Part shown: positions 1 to 11,102 of the stretch, piece by piece
How the letters are laid out: each line of letters begins with the position of its first letter
How positions within the stretch are numbered: position 1 is the stretch's first letter
Virus record (IMG/VR): IMGVR_UViG_3300028558_000018
Coordinates: 64,001-128,000 of that record
Length of the DNA: 64,000 nt
Direction: 5' to 3' (one strand)
DNA from: a virus
Translations under genes and position numbers: made by a program
The notes under the pieces: generated by a model
Seen by the model: only the letters and a program-made list of their open reading frames with translations
Databases searched by the model: none
Told to the model about the DNA's origin: nothing

Positions 1-901
1 CGCTATAATAATAATTTTGTCCCACGGTAGAAACATAAATCGGCTCTCCGTAATATCCGTTTATTAAATTTTGATAATCAGGATTACTAGAGCTATATCC
101 GCTAAATGACTCTGTGTAAGAATTTATTCCTGTAGTCCCCGTGAAAATAGTTTGATATCCAGTGGTAATAGAGTTTGTTAATGTTCCGCTAATAGATGGG
201 AATCCACTTGCAATAGAATATAGTCCAGAAAATAATTTGGTTAAACTATTTGTTGGCAAGCTGGTTTTGGTTACTATAAAAGTATCCATAGACCCAGAAA
301 AGTTTAATGTAGGTAAATATGGACAGATATTTTTTCCCAAATTCCAAGAGTCAGAGGGCAATAGGTAGGATGAATTGATATAAAAATTCTCATTAATTAA
401 CGCTTTTTGTGAAAAATCATAATAATTAAAACTAATATTATTTAGCCCCACTCCTACTGCGACGGCATTGTTTTGTCCATAAATAACATCTGAAGTTAAA
501 ACGACTGGCGCGCCATTATTATATTCAAAATATAGTCTATTGGCATCATTCACTCCTATGTTAAATCCTGAATAATAACCCCCCGCCGTCCCAGTTAAGG
601 AGCTAAAAATAACCCCGCCGCCCGTAGTTGGTTTGGAGTAAGTGAATAAAAAAGTTAAATTATTAGAAAAACCGCCATTTGGGATATTTTGAACTTGAAC
701 AAATGATGACCCGTTGAAATTGCCGCTTCCATTGGCGCAAAGCCCCGTGTTTCCAACAACTAATCCCGAATAGGTGGAATTTCCATTAAGAACGGACGGT
801 AAAAGGCTATTGACCTGACCTGTGAACGGATAAAAAACGGCAAAATTATTAGGATTCAGCCCTAAGTAATTATAGAAATAGTTGATGCCGGTGGAACTCA
901 T
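1..901 (-). CDS. Tail-tip/virion structural protein with LamG/concanavalin-like N-terminal region (partial, runs off the window edge)
   Basis: Not in the ORF track. ATG at 901 gives MSSTGINYFYNYLG...GFNIGVNDANRLYFEY...FSGSMDTF, open to position 1. Preceded by a late promoter at 926-951 and follows the tail genes. Confidence 0.7.
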   Translation of the reverse strand, partial: MSSTGINYFYNYLGLNPNNFAVFYPFTGQVNSLLPSVLNGNSTYSGLVVGNTGLCANGSGNFNGSSFVQVQNIPNGGFSNNLTFLFTYSKPTTGGGVIFSSLTGTAGGYYSGFNIGVNDANRLYFEYNNGAPVVLTSDVIYGQNNAVAVGVGLNNISFNYYDFSQKALINENFYINSSYLLPSDSWNLGKNICPYLPTLNFSGSMDTFIVTKTSLPTNSLTKLFSGLYSIASGFPSISGTLTNSITTGYQTIFTGTTGINSYTESFSGYSSSNPDYQNLINGYYGEPIYVSTVGQNYYYS

Positions 902-952
902 TTTGTGCCTTTTACCAAGAAAAGATTAACCCAAAACGAGAGAAAAGTGAAC

Positions 953-2563
953 TTAGAGCACTAAAATTTGAGTATAATTGCCCGTATTACCCAAGGTGTC
1001 AGACGAATCATAAGACCACCTACAAGTAAAATTACCATTATTAGTATTTTCTAGTCCAATCTTATATTCTTCTAGAAATAAATTGTCAAATCCACTGGTG
1101 TAATCATAATAGACTTTATTAATGAATTGTTTTAAATAAGTTGTTTCATTTACCCCCGTAATATTTCTTTGGCCGACGAATGAACCTTGAATATTCATCG
1201 CACCACGACTTACATATCCTAAATCAGTTGTTTGATAACGCGGTGAACCCCCAGTTGCGTCAATAAGAGGCTCGGAAACAATTCTGCGCAAAGGAGGTGT
1301 AAAGGACAAATTATATTGGAGTTGTTCAAAACCAACGGATTGAGGTAATTCTTTATTATTAAATTGGAATGAGAAATTAATATTGCCGTTAAATTTATCA
1401 AATATAATATTTTCTGAATTTGGCACATAGTTTAAAATCGCAGAGGACGATCCACTAGCATATTCTAAATAACCAGAGTTAGCCAAAGAATAAAAACTTA
1501 GCCCCGAATAATATTGATTTACTTTATTCCATTTGTCTAACAAATCTCCGCGCCCAAAAATTTGGCCATTAATTCCTACAGAAATTGCATCATCACCGCT
1601 ATTAATATTCAAATTATACTCTAAGTTAACTTGGGGGTTGGGATTATCATCATAAGAAAAACTAAAATCAATTTTTTTGTTGAAAGAATCTTCGTTTATC
1701 GTTTTCGTTAATGGAGTTGGGTTGAAAGTAACGCCAGAATTTGTCACATACATTAACGAGTTGAATGGGTTAAAACCACTCATTCTGTCTCTCGCCAAAT
1801 TAAAATCATCCACATAGCCACCTATGATACTTCCCTTTATAGAAGCGTGATTAAACCCTATTTGATTTTGCTCGCTGTCAATTGAATAACGAAGAATACC
1901 ATAATCGCAAGGCTGATATTGATCTAATTTCCAATTTTCTATTATTGAAAAACTTCCATTAAATCTATCGGGAATTTCCGCCACGGAAATCAATGCGCCG
2001 CTATTTCTCCAATTTTGAATTAATACCGGAGATGTAAAGTTGCTAAACCCCGTTCTCCCAATTACGAAATTTTTCGCATTTTGAAATGCATTTGTGCCAG
2101 ACGTAGTATTAAAACCCCGCGCCGAAATAGTATGCGCCATATCGAGAGTTCCATTATTGGACTCTTTTAGCTCCCAAGTATCTTTTGGCTCAAGGACTCC
2201 ATAATAACCAGAGAAAAATCCCGATGGGTAACTTTTGAGAGTAATTCTATAGGGAAGAATATTTACATATCGGTCGCTGTCAAAAACGATACTTTGGATA
2301 ATAACATTTTGTAGGGATTCAATGACTGCGCCCGTTTCAATTAAATTAAGAGTTCCAAAATCCTGATTAAATCCACTTAGAACTTGTAATTGGCCGGATG
2401 TTAAATTATCAAACTGACAACCCGTGATTTGTCCGACTATTGACCAAGTTTGTTCCGCGCCCCAACGTTCGCCATAGGAGATATTGCCCTTTACTCTACC
2501 AATAAATGGAGTGGGAAACCCCGAAAAAGGATAAGCGTTATTATATCGGATTAAAGTGGACAT
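953..2563 (-). CDS. Tail-tip/baseplate structural protein (paralogue of 2565..4166)
   Basis: 536 aa, rich in S/G/N/Y beta-type sequence; second gene after the tape measure. Confidence 0.65.
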   Translation of the reverse strand: MSTLIRYNNAYPFSGFPTPFIGRVKGNISYGERWGAEQTWSIVGQITGCQFDNLTSGQLQVLSGFNQDFGTLNLIETGAVIESLQNVIIQSIVFDSDRYVNILPYRITLKSYPSGFFSGYYGVLEPKDTWELKESNNGTLDMAHTISARGFNTTSGTNAFQNAKNFVIGRTGFSNFTSPVLIQNWRNSGALISVAEIPDRFNGSFSIIENWKLDQYQPCDYGILRYSIDSEQNQIGFNHASIKGSIIGGYVDDFNLARDRMSGFNPFNSLMYVTNSGVTFNPTPLTKTINEDSFNKKIDFSFSYDDNPNPQVNLEYNLNINSGDDAISVGINGQIFGRGDLLDKWNKVNQYYSGLSFYSLANSGYLEYASGSSSAILNYVPNSENIIFDKFNGNINFSFQFNNKELPQSVGFEQLQYNLSFTPPLRRIVSEPLIDATGGSPRYQTTDLGYVSRGAMNIQGSFVGQRNITGVNETTYLKQFINKVYYDYTSGFDNLFLEEYKIGLENTNNGNFTCRWSYDSSDTLGNTGNYTQILVL

Positions 2564-2564
2564 T

Positions 2565-4166
2565 TTACGCGGGGTAGATATTCGCTACCGACTGATAACC
2601 CCAAGATGCCTGAGCCGTGAAATTTTTACTAATAGGATTATAGCTATAATTAATATTTTCTAAAAATGGGTCTGTTCCGCTGGGAAGATTATTATTGAAA
2701 ATTGTTTGAGCCTGCGCTTTAAATCCTGATAAATTAGTATCGCGGAATCCTAATAAATTAATGTTAATATTACGCTGTCCCAATGTCACGTTTTGAGTAT
2801 TTTGAACAATTTCTTTGTATGAGAGAATATTGAATTTGTTAATCAATTGAACAGGATAACTATCTTCGATATTAATCTCTTGGAGTTTAATTAATGGATT
2901 ATTCGTCGCATAAACTGGATTGTCCGTGTAAGAATTGGAGTAAGAAAGCCGCCCCTGAAATTGGTCCCCATTAGTAGATTGCGACACCAGATTGATCCCA
3001 TAAAGAGTCGCATAAGGAATTTGGCCCGTATAAAAAGAATATGAGCGGGCATATATTCCCGTTTTAACAACTCCATAACCACTTTTTGCCCGAGGATAGC
3101 CTACATAAATAGGATTGCCAAAACCCTGAATATTTCCATTCTCAGTAATTGTAAAATATTGATTATTTTTAGTTATTTCATTAGTATAAGTCCAATTAAA
3201 TCCACTATTCTGTTCGGATTTATTAGTGTAGCTTATAGAGTAGCTACCCTTATTTTCGAAATGATTTAAATTCTTTGATAAACTCGTATAAGTAGAAAAT
3301 AATGGATAACTTATCCCACTATAATTATTATAAACTCCCGATGCGCGAGCAAAAGATGAGGTGATTAAATTATCCATCGTTTGCCATAATTGGTTGGCAA
3401 AAACCGGATTAACCGCCCCAGTAATTGATTGCACCGTTGCATTCTCCGTAATTGTCGCATTGCCCGCTTCGTCACGAGAAAAAGAATCAGTTAAAGTGTA
3501 AATTAATCCACTGTTATTCGTGGGACGGGTATAATTTTGAGAAAATGCACATTGATTAGTAATAGCATCATAAGTCTCGCTATAAATTGTGCGGCCTAGT
3601 GTGAGATTTTCCCCACTGGTTAAATATCCATAAGAACTATTGCCCGCCATTAATCCCACGGCTAGATTTTGTGCAAGTTGAATGGGGTTATTTCCCGCCG
3701 CGCCACGCCACATTTTAACATTTACTCCGTGAGAATAGCTAAATTCTTGGCCGTTTTTATTATAAGTAAAATTTTCGCTGAATGATTCAATAGAGGAATA
3801 ATCGAAAGAGGACAACCCCGAATAAGTTGAGCCTGTTAAATTAAACAAATTACCAGAATTATAACAAGTAATGTCTATAGAGTAATTTTTCGTTCTAACG
3901 TCATTAGAAACTGGAAAGCTAATGTTGAGAATTCTTCCCGTGCCAAATGTATAGCCATTGACAATAACGGGCTGATAATCATTATCGCCAGAGAAGAATT
4001 GATCAATTTGATTTTGGATATTAGCTACCCCGCTATCATTAGTGATATTATCAAGGAATCCTTCAATTGTAAACGATGCTTGATTTTGATAACGAAAGTT
4101 CTCCCCAAAGAATTTACTCGTTTGATTATAGCCTAATACGCGAACATTTTGAAAATTAAGTGACAT
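2565..4166 (-). CDS. Tail-tip/distal-tail-like structural protein
   Basis: 533 aa directly after the tape measure (TAATG overlap); internally repetitive beta-rich sequence. Confidence 0.65.
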   Translation of the reverse strand: MSLNFQNVRVLGYNQTSKFFGENFRYQNQASFTIEGFLDNITNDSGVANIQNQIDQFFSGDNDYQPVIVNGYTFGTGRILNISFPVSNDVRTKNYSIDITCYNSGNLFNLTGSTYSGLSSFDYSSIESFSENFTYNKNGQEFSYSHGVNVKMWRGAAGNNPIQLAQNLAVGLMAGNSSYGYLTSGENLTLGRTIYSETYDAITNQCAFSQNYTRPTNNSGLIYTLTDSFSRDEAGNATITENATVQSITGAVNPVFANQLWQTMDNLITSSFARASGVYNNYSGISYPLFSTYTSLSKNLNHFENKGSYSISYTNKSEQNSGFNWTYTNEITKNNQYFTITENGNIQGFGNPIYVGYPRAKSGYGVVKTGIYARSYSFYTGQIPYATLYGINLVSQSTNGDQFQGRLSYSNSYTDNPVYATNNPLIKLQEINIEDSYPVQLINKFNILSYKEIVQNTQNVTLGQRNININLLGFRDTNLSGFKAQAQTIFNNNLPSGTDPFLENINYSYNPISKNFTAQASWGYQSVANIYPA

Positions 4167-7100
4167 TATGCGGCGGAGGGTTTAGCTATCCCGCCTTTGA
4201 GTTCGTCAATTTGCCCTTGAAGATTTTTATAATACGCACCAATGGAAGCGGTTATGAAAGATTTTAACTCTTCATTATTTTGCGCGCCGTTAACCGTCAC
4301 TTGGATTGCGGCTTGGATTTTTTGCGCAACGTCAAGAGTAATTCCATTTGTTGCTTTCTCAAGGAGGGCTTGGGATTTTTTCGTATCGTCGGAATCTTTA
4401 TCCTTTTCCTTCGGTTTCGTGGGATAAGTTTCGGGGAATCCGGCGCGAGTATTAGTTTTACTGTCGTAGGGGAGAAAACTTGGTGAATCTCCGACCCTAT
4501 CGGACATTTTACTAAAGTTCCGATGGGTTCTCCAGTCTTGATAAGCCGGATTAAGTTCTGGAGAATGGCCAACTAACGAACTAGAGTTTCCAAATCTTAC
4601 ATCATCATCAAGAGTGCTCACCCCTTTCCCATAAATCGTAACATTTCGCGGTGTATAATCCGGCGAATTAACTTTCTTCGCCGCAGTCTTTCTTGCCGCA
4701 GCAATTTGCTCTTGAACATTTTCTGCCGCCGAACCACTTCCCGCAATGGCAGTTCCCGCCGTAGATTGTTTTTTCCCAAATTCTTCCGTCGCCTTCGCGC
4801 TGGCTTCTTTCGCGGCATTCGCTACTTTCCCAGCGGTATCAATATCTTTATTTTTCTCCGCGTATTGTTTGTTTAATTCGTTAATTGCCGTGGTGTTATC
4901 CTCTAAACCCTTAACTAACTTTGAATTAGTAAATTGAGCGATTAGTAATTTTAAAGCGTCATCTCTTTTGTTAACATCTGGAGATAGCACCTGTAAAAAT
5001 GCATCGTTGTCTTTTAGATTATCCTTAACATCTTTAAAAATATCTTTCGCATTACCCCCTTTTAATAATCTATTAAAAATAGAAATTTCCCCCGTGGAAA
5101 CAGCCCCAGAATCAGCAGCCAAAGATTTTGCTTCGTTGTAATCTTTCCCAGAAACCTTTTGAAAGGCTCCTTTAAAAGAACTTTGTAGTTGAAGTTGATC
5201 GCCTTGAAGTCTCACGTATCCAGTATCAAATAAAGCGTCTTTATATTGTTGTTTTTTCCCAGCGGATTCCAATATTTTTTGCGCGTCCCCTCTTAATTTA
5301 TTAACTTCCCCTTGTTTAAGCAGGGCGTCATTTGACACGGCAAGTAAACCTTTGATATCTTCCAATCTACGCGCCGTAACCGCTGTATTAATAGCAACTT
5401 GCGCGGAATTATTATCACTAGAATATCCTTCATTAATTTTCTGTTGATCCGATTCTGATAACAAGCCGGGGACGGATAATTTCGCTTTACTTTTCGCCGC
5501 GTCAGGAATATTCCCCTGAATTTGTTGAGCCTGAGACAAAACGGAGGCAAATCTATCGTAAAGTTCTGGATTACGAGTTTTAATTCCGCTATCATCAAGA
5601 ATCTTCAATGCCCCATCATAATTTCTATCTCCACCGGGGCGGCGTTGACCATTTGGCCCCGTTGCACTCAATGCGTTGAAAATCTTTTGTTGTAATATCT
5701 CTAGAGTTCCAACGGATAGATTTTGGGTTCTAATTCCATTACCAGTTAATTCAGATTTGAATGTAGCTTTTAATTGATCTGCGGTTAATTGAGCTAATTT
5801 TTGTCTATCTTCAAATTCGAAAGACTTAGAAACTTTAGCTTGGATAGCGGGAGTTCTAACCGCCGCAATTTCTGGAAATAATTTGGCTAATTCAATCGCG
5901 CTTTGTGACTCGGTTAATCTAGCGCGAGCCGTTTGATTTTGCAATACCGCTTTTTGATTATTAGAAACATAGTCCCCGCGCCCCAATTGATATTCCCCAA
6001 TAGCACGAAAAGACGCGGCTTGCGAAGCGGCGACAAATGGAGAAGTATCTAATGATTTTCCTAAATTGCCTACGCCGCCGAAAGAACCAATTAAAGCCTG
6101 ACGACGAATGGCGGCTAAACGAGTGTTAATCTCAATATCGAGTAACTTGGTAGCTTCTTTTTGTTTAATCCCAAATTCGCCAATGGTTTTCTCATAATCA
6201 ATTAAATCTTGATACAATTGATTTTTAACCTTGCCAATATCCTCGCCCGCGATACCACCTTTAAAGTCTTTCGTATCGAGATTTAGAATTTTTTGAATTA
6301 ATTTATCTGGGTCGGTTTTACCAATTTCTTCTTTAAGCGCGTCAGAGGCACTTTGTTGTAAAACATTTGTAATTAATGACGCTATTTTCCCGCTCGCGTC
6401 CAATTTAATATCTTTTAAACCAGTTGTGGTTTGATCCCGTAAGGCTCTTTGTTGAATAATACCCTCCCCGCGAGCGATTGAAGAGTCAGTTAACCCATAG
6501 GAAAGCCCAGAGAGAACGGACTTCGCGGCGGAACTTCTTACATTATTTGTCGCAACATCACCCGTCAAAGTAATTTTTTGTTCGTTTAATCTAGTATCTA
6601 TTAATCTACGAAATTCTTTTTGAAAATTACTTAAAGCAACAAGATAAGCATTTAAATCTTTAGTGATTTCTTCGGCTTGTTTCCCTAATTTGGCTTCTCC
6701 TAAAGCAGAACTTAATACATTTAATCTCGCGTAATAATCAGTAATATCTTTAATTGGCACGCCAATAGCACGAATTGTCTCTTCTAATTTACTTTCGTTA
6801 ATTGTTTTCGACAGTTCATCAAATTTAGCTTGAAACTCTCCAATATTACTGCTGTTGATTTTCCCTGACTGCGCAACGTTTTTGCCGATAGTAACCAAAT
6901 CTTCGGTGCGATAGTTTCCGCCGAAACCCAATGATTTATTGTCTCTTTGTGCCAAAGCCCCCGCGCTGGATACTCCAATGGCTTTTTCAGCCAAAATTTC
7001 GCGACTCTTTTTAGCAAATTCAGATAATTTATCACCTAATTTATTGATATCGTCACCAGCACTTAATATATCTTGTTTTAATCTATTATCAGTAATTTCA

Positions 7101-10030
7101 CTAAATAGAGTTGTCAACGAAGATGTTAATGTATTAATATCTTTTTCGCTCGCTGCACCAGATTGTAAAACTTCATTAAGTTGCTGTTGAGTTCTAACAT
7201 AATTTTCTGCCGAATTTGTAGATGCGGAGATGGCCGCTGACATTTTTTCAAATTCATCGGCGGCTTTTTTGAATGCTCTATCGGGAGCGCCCGCGACGGC
7301 TTTTCCCGCTCCATAAGCCAAACCAGCCCCCGCACCCACAGCTAGTCCAACAGGATTACCAGTTAGCGCGCCAAGAGACAAACCAGCGGCGGTATCGTTA
7401 ATAATATCGCTAGTTGGACCCTCAAACGCACCAGATAGTAACGACCCACCTAAAGAAGCTCCAAAGCCAATACCCGTCACTCTTGAGCGGCGATTTTGTA
7501 AAATTTGTTTTCTTTCTGATTCGGCAAAAATTCTTTCTTGCCCGCTAAGTCTTTTAACCCCTAGAGCCTTTCTTATAGCCGCGTTATCTTCTGGCAATTG
7601 GTCTTCAAAAGTTCCACGAAAAGTTCCACGTAATCCAGAGTATTTAGATTCAAGAGTTTTTTTGATTTTTAACAATCTACCGGACTCATCAACATCTCCA
7701 GATTGGAATGAAGACAGGGCACGATCCATTTTATTCGCGGCGGCAATTCTAGCTCTTTCAGCGGGAGTATATGAGGCCTCTCTATTTTGTTTTTCTCTAG
7801 TTTGTCTAAGATAATAATCTTCCGTAGATTCTAAATCGCCCGCACCTTCACCGCCGCCAGAGCCGCCCTTAGATAATTTTCCGCCAATAAATATTTTAGG
7901 CTGTTGTTCTAATTTGTAAAGGCGATTAAATTGTGCTCCAACAGTTTGACGAATTTTAGCTTGGGATTCTTTAGTGAGATTGATTTCTTTAATATAATCT
8001 TCGATTGAAGAACCTAATCCATAAGCGACTTCTTTATCAATTTTGGTTACGGAATTTGTTAATTGACCAAAAAGGCTTCTTAATTTAGAAGACTGCTCGG
8101 GCGTAATTAAAAATTGAGAAAAGGGAGATTCGTTTACTCCTAAATTTCTAGATAAACTATCAAATGCGGCATAATTCGGAATTTTTTGGGCAATATTGGG
8201 ATTCGCACCCATTGCCAAAGCTCTATTCACCCCTTGAAATCCACCTAATGGCTCGTCACGTTTATTTGCAACCAATAATCCCATTGGATTGCTAGGAGAA
8301 ATCAATCTCTTATCAGTATCTACATAAATATCTTTTTCGCTTACCCCAGAAATTTTCTCTCTGTTGATTGCTTCTTGTAAAGGATCAGCATAATTATTTA
8401 CTCTTCCGGTCAATTTAGCAAGCGAACCAGCGGATTCCCTTTGGGCGATTCCGATAGCCAGAGATGATTTAATATTAGACAACCCCTGCGAACGCTCTCT
8501 AATTGCCGCGATTCTCAACTCGACTTCCGCTAAGGAATTAGCTCCCGCGATTAATTTTTGATAGTCTGTTCCTGCGGCCTGTAATAACTGATTTATCTTT
8601 TGCTGGGTGGTCGCGACTCTTTCGTTTCCTACCGCGACATCAATTAAATTCTTAATAGCCCCCTTGGTAAATTCAGAAGATTTTCTAAGTAACCCAACAA
8701 TAATAGCGGAAAAAATCACCGTGCCGGGGCCAGCAACGAAATTCCCAATACCTTTAAAAAATCCTTCCGCAAATTTCTGACCAGAGGTTTCCGGTCCTTT
8801 CCCGCTCCCAACAAAAGTCTCGCTTAAAAGATCGGAAGTAGAAACAACTTTTTTAATTACTGGGCTAATAGCTAATTCGCCAAATTTTCCAGTAGCTTGT
8901 TTGTAATTTTGCCCAATAACATTTAAATTAGATGCTAAAGTTTGATTAAGCTTCGCATTTTGTTTGATTGCCGTATCAGTAGAATTAATTGAATCATCAA
9001 GCGCGGATTTATAAGTAGAATAGCCAGTAGAAAGATCGTTAATTACGGCCTTTAGCTGATTTGCTTGGAATACGCCACCCGTTAATTCCGTAATAAAAGT
9101 TTGCTGGCTTTTATTTAAATTCGGATAAACATCACTTAATGATTTTAAAATATCAACGGCGGAACGAGTATTGCCTGCCACGTCTCTCGCGGCGACGCCA
9201 ATTGCTTGAAGTTGATCCACCGTGTCATTACGTTGGACGCGCTGAAAAATACTTTTGAGCGCGTTACCAATAACGTCGCCGCCACGATTTGTAATATGTT
9301 GAGCGGAAGTAATTAACGCAATTAATTGGTCAATATTAACCCCCGCATCTTGGGCGGAACTACCAACACGCTGAAGCGCATCGGCAATATCTTTACCCGA
9401 AATCGCGAAACGAGAAGAAATTGAGGCTAATTTATTAGTTAAATCAGTAGAAGTAATAACTTCTTTATTGTAACTGTTAATAACGCTAGTTAGAGTCCCA
9501 ACTGATTCTTTTAGTGATTGCCCGCTTAACCTTGATAAAATCGCCGCGTCATTTAGTCTTTTTAATGATTCCGCCGCGCCGAGTCCTTGACGAGCTAATT
9601 CCTTCGCTCCTTCAGCAATATCTTTAAAATTACTCCCCGTGTTGCGCGCCACATCGAAAAGTTGCTTGGAATAAGATTCTAATCCAGACTTCGAGAGATT
9701 CAACACCACATTGATATTAGCGAGGATTTTTTGCACCTCGATACCATTAGTAGCTAAATCTTTCATTCCCTTGGAAACCGCCGCGAGAATCCCCACTGAA
9801 GAACCGAATGCGAGAACACGGGCATTTGAAGCCTCTAAAGATTTACTAAACTCACTTGCTTGACCACTTAATCTACCCAACGGGCCGCTTAATTTATTTA
9901 GCCCAGCGGAATCAAAATCTAGCTTAATTTTACTAAAATTTAATGCCTCAATTTTCTTTTGTGCCTCTGCCGCCGTGCGATAGCCTTTAGAAAAATCAAA
10001 ATCCGCGCTGTATGTGAATGCTTCGGGCAT
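4166..10030 (-). CDS. Tail tape measure protein
   Basis: 1954 aa, helical and rich in A/L/S/K. TP901-type core (LFDVARNTG...LARQG...IADALQRVGSSA...IGNALKSIF). Lies after the tube and chaperone genes. Confidence 0.95.
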   Translation of the reverse strand: MPEAFTYSADFDFSKGYRTAAEAQKKIEALNFSKIKLDFDSAGLNKLSGPLGRLSGQASEFSKSLEASNARVLAFGSSVGILAAVSKGMKDLATNGIEVQKILANINVVLNLSKSGLESYSKQLFDVARNTGSNFKDIAEGAKELARQGLGAAESLKRLNDAAILSRLSGQSLKESVGTLTSVINSYNKEVITSTDLTNKLASISSRFAISGKDIADALQRVGSSAQDAGVNIDQLIALITSAQHITNRGGDVIGNALKSIFQRVQRNDTVDQLQAIGVAARDVAGNTRSAVDILKSLSDVYPNLNKSQQTFITELTGGVFQANQLKAVINDLSTGYSTYKSALDDSINSTDTAIKQNAKLNQTLASNLNVIGQNYKQATGKFGELAISPVIKKVVSTSDLLSETFVGSGKGPETSGQKFAEGFFKGIGNFVAGPGTVIFSAIIVGLLRKSSEFTKGAIKNLIDVAVGNERVATTQQKINQLLQAAGTDYQKLIAGANSLAEVELRIAAIRERSQGLSNIKSSLAIGIAQRESAGSLAKLTGRVNNYADPLQEAINREKISGVSEKDIYVDTDKRLISPSNPMGLLVANKRDEPLGGFQGVNRALAMGANPNIAQKIPNYAAFDSLSRNLGVNESPFSQFLITPEQSSKLRSLFGQLTNSVTKIDKEVAYGLGSSIEDYIKEINLTKESQAKIRQTVGAQFNRLYKLEQQPKIFIGGKLSKGGSGGGEGAGDLESTEDYYLRQTREKQNREASYTPAERARIAAANKMDRALSSFQSGDVDESGRLLKIKKTLESKYSGLRGTFRGTFEDQLPEDNAAIRKALGVKRLSGQERIFAESERKQILQNRRSRVTGIGFGASLGGSLLSGAFEGPTSDIINDTAAGLSLGALTGNPVGLAVGAGAGLAYGAGKAVAGAPDRAFKKAADEFEKMSAAISASTNSAENYVRTQQQLNEVLQSGAASEKDINTLTSSLTTLFSEITDNRLKQDILSAGDDINKLGDKLSEFAKKSREILAEKAIGVSSAGALAQRDNKSLGFGGNYRTEDLVTIGKNVAQSGKINSSNIGEFQAKFDELSKTINESKLEETIRAIGVPIKDITDYYARLNVLSSALGEAKLGKQAEEITKDLNAYLVALSNFQKEFRRLIDTRLNEQKITLTGDVATNNVRSSAAKSVLSGLSYGLTDSSIARGEGIIQQRALRDQTTTGLKDIKLDASGKIASLITNVLQQSASDALKEEIGKTDPDKLIQKILNLDTKDFKGGIAGEDIGKVKNQLYQDLIDYEKTIGEFGIKQKEATKLLDIEINTRLAAIRRQALIGSFGGVGNLGKSLDTSPFVAASQAASFRAIGEYQLGRGDYVSNNQKAVLQNQTARARLTESQSAIELAKLFPEIAAVRTPAIQAKVSKSFEFEDRQKLAQLTADQLKATFKSELTGNGIRTQNLSVGTLEILQQKIFNALSATGPNGQRRPGGDRNYDGALKILDDSGIKTRNPELYDRFASVLSQAQQIQGNIPDAAKSKAKLSVPGLLSESDQQKINEGYSSDNNSAQVAINTAVTARRLEDIKGLLAVSNDALLKQGEVNKLRGDAQKILESAGKKQQYKDALFDTGYVRLQGDQLQLQSSFKGAFQKVSGKDYNEAKSLAADSGAVSTGEISIFNRLLKGGNAKDIFKDVKDNLKDNDAFLQVLSPDVNKRDDALKLLIAQFTNSKLVKGLEDNTTAINELNKQYAEKNKDIDTAGKVANAAKEASAKATEEFGKKQSTAGTAIAGSGSAAENVQEQIAAARKTAAKKVNSPDYTPRNVTIYGKGVSTLDDDVRFGNSSSLVGHSPELNPAYQDWRTHRNFSKMSDRVGDSPSFLPYDSKTNTRAGFPETYPTKPKEKDKDSDDTKKSQALLEKATNGITLDVAQKIQAAIQVTVNGAQNNEELKSFITASIGAYYKNLQGQIDELKGGIAKPSAA

Positions 10031-10091
10031 GGGTATATTTTAAATCCTTATTCCTTGAAAAATATTACACAAAAATCCCCCAAGAGTGAAC

Positions 10092-11096
10092 TTACTTATA
10101 AAGCGTCTGTCCCTCTTGAATCTGTTGGATTTCACTAGAAGTTAACCCACCCAATCCCGCTTCCTTCTTTTTACGTGCTTGCAACGCCAATGGATTCCCT
10201 GTTTCTAGCCCCGCTGCTTTCAAATCTTCCTTTGTCGCACCCATAATAGATAGAGCATTTTCACCCTTTTCTTTGGTTTCCTCCTTCATATTACTGCTGG
10301 AATTAACAAAATCAATGAGTTTTTCAGGGTCATTGCGAACTTCATCGGGAATATCCTTGGTGTTTGACAATAATTGTTTAAAATATCGGCCATAAGCTGA
10401 AATTTCGCTTTGAAAACTTGTTAATTGGATAATTGGCTTCCCCCAGAAATCGCTTAAATTCTCAGTCAAATAAAAATAGTTTTGAAAAAATGATTGCAAA
10501 CATATTAATTTGATATTATTAGTATTAATATTATTAATTGCGCTATTGTAAATTTTAATTAAATCATCCAACGCTTCATCCTCTAACAAATCAAATTCTT
10601 CCTCAGAGTATAATGGAATGGTTAGCCCCTTATCTTTGTAAAAGGATTTGAAAATAAAATATCCATTTAATCTATTCGCGGCCAACTTTTCACAAGTGTT
10701 GCCTATTTGGGAAGATTTTTGCTTATTCTTTTTATCTAATTTAGATAACTCTACTTCTATAAGTCTTTGAGTTTGTTCTACTTGAGACGGAATAGTTTGC
10801 TTAGTTTTAGTTTGGCGCAACCTATCAATATAAAGCATTATTGCTTTAATTTCTTCTTCATCGCTTTGCTTCCAAAATCCTTGACGTTTTAATTGTTCTA
10901 CGACTTCATTTTCAGTGGGCAAGCCCTTTGATTTAGATTCTTCGTAAACTTGCTCATAATTTGAATCTAAATCAACTTGGTCGGATAATGTAAAATGCTT
11001 GATATAAACAATTTGAGAGCCAATTTTTGCCGACGAATAACCTATTGAAATCGCATGAAATATGCGTTTTAACTCTAACTGTTTCCGCTCAACCAT
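10092..11096 (-). CDS. Putative tail assembly chaperone
   Basis: 334 aa charged helical protein immediately upstream of the tape measure. Confidence 0.55.
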   Translation of the reverse strand: MVERKQLELKRIFHAISIGYSSAKIGSQIVYIKHFTLSDQVDLDSNYEQVYEESKSKGLPTENEVVEQLKRQGFWKQSDEEEIKAIMLYIDRLRQTKTKQTIPSQVEQTQRLIEVELSKLDKKNKQKSSQIGNTCEKLAANRLNGYFIFKSFYKDKGLTIPLYSEEEFDLLEDEALDDLIKIYNSAINNINTNNIKLICLQSFFQNYFYLTENLSDFWGKPIIQLTSFQSEISAYGRYFKQLLSNTKDIPDEVRNDPEKLIDFVNSSSNMKEETKEKGENALSIMGATKEDLKAAGLETGNPLALQARKKKEAGLGGLTSSEIQQIQEGQTLYK

Positions 11097-11102
11097 AAGG
11101 AA

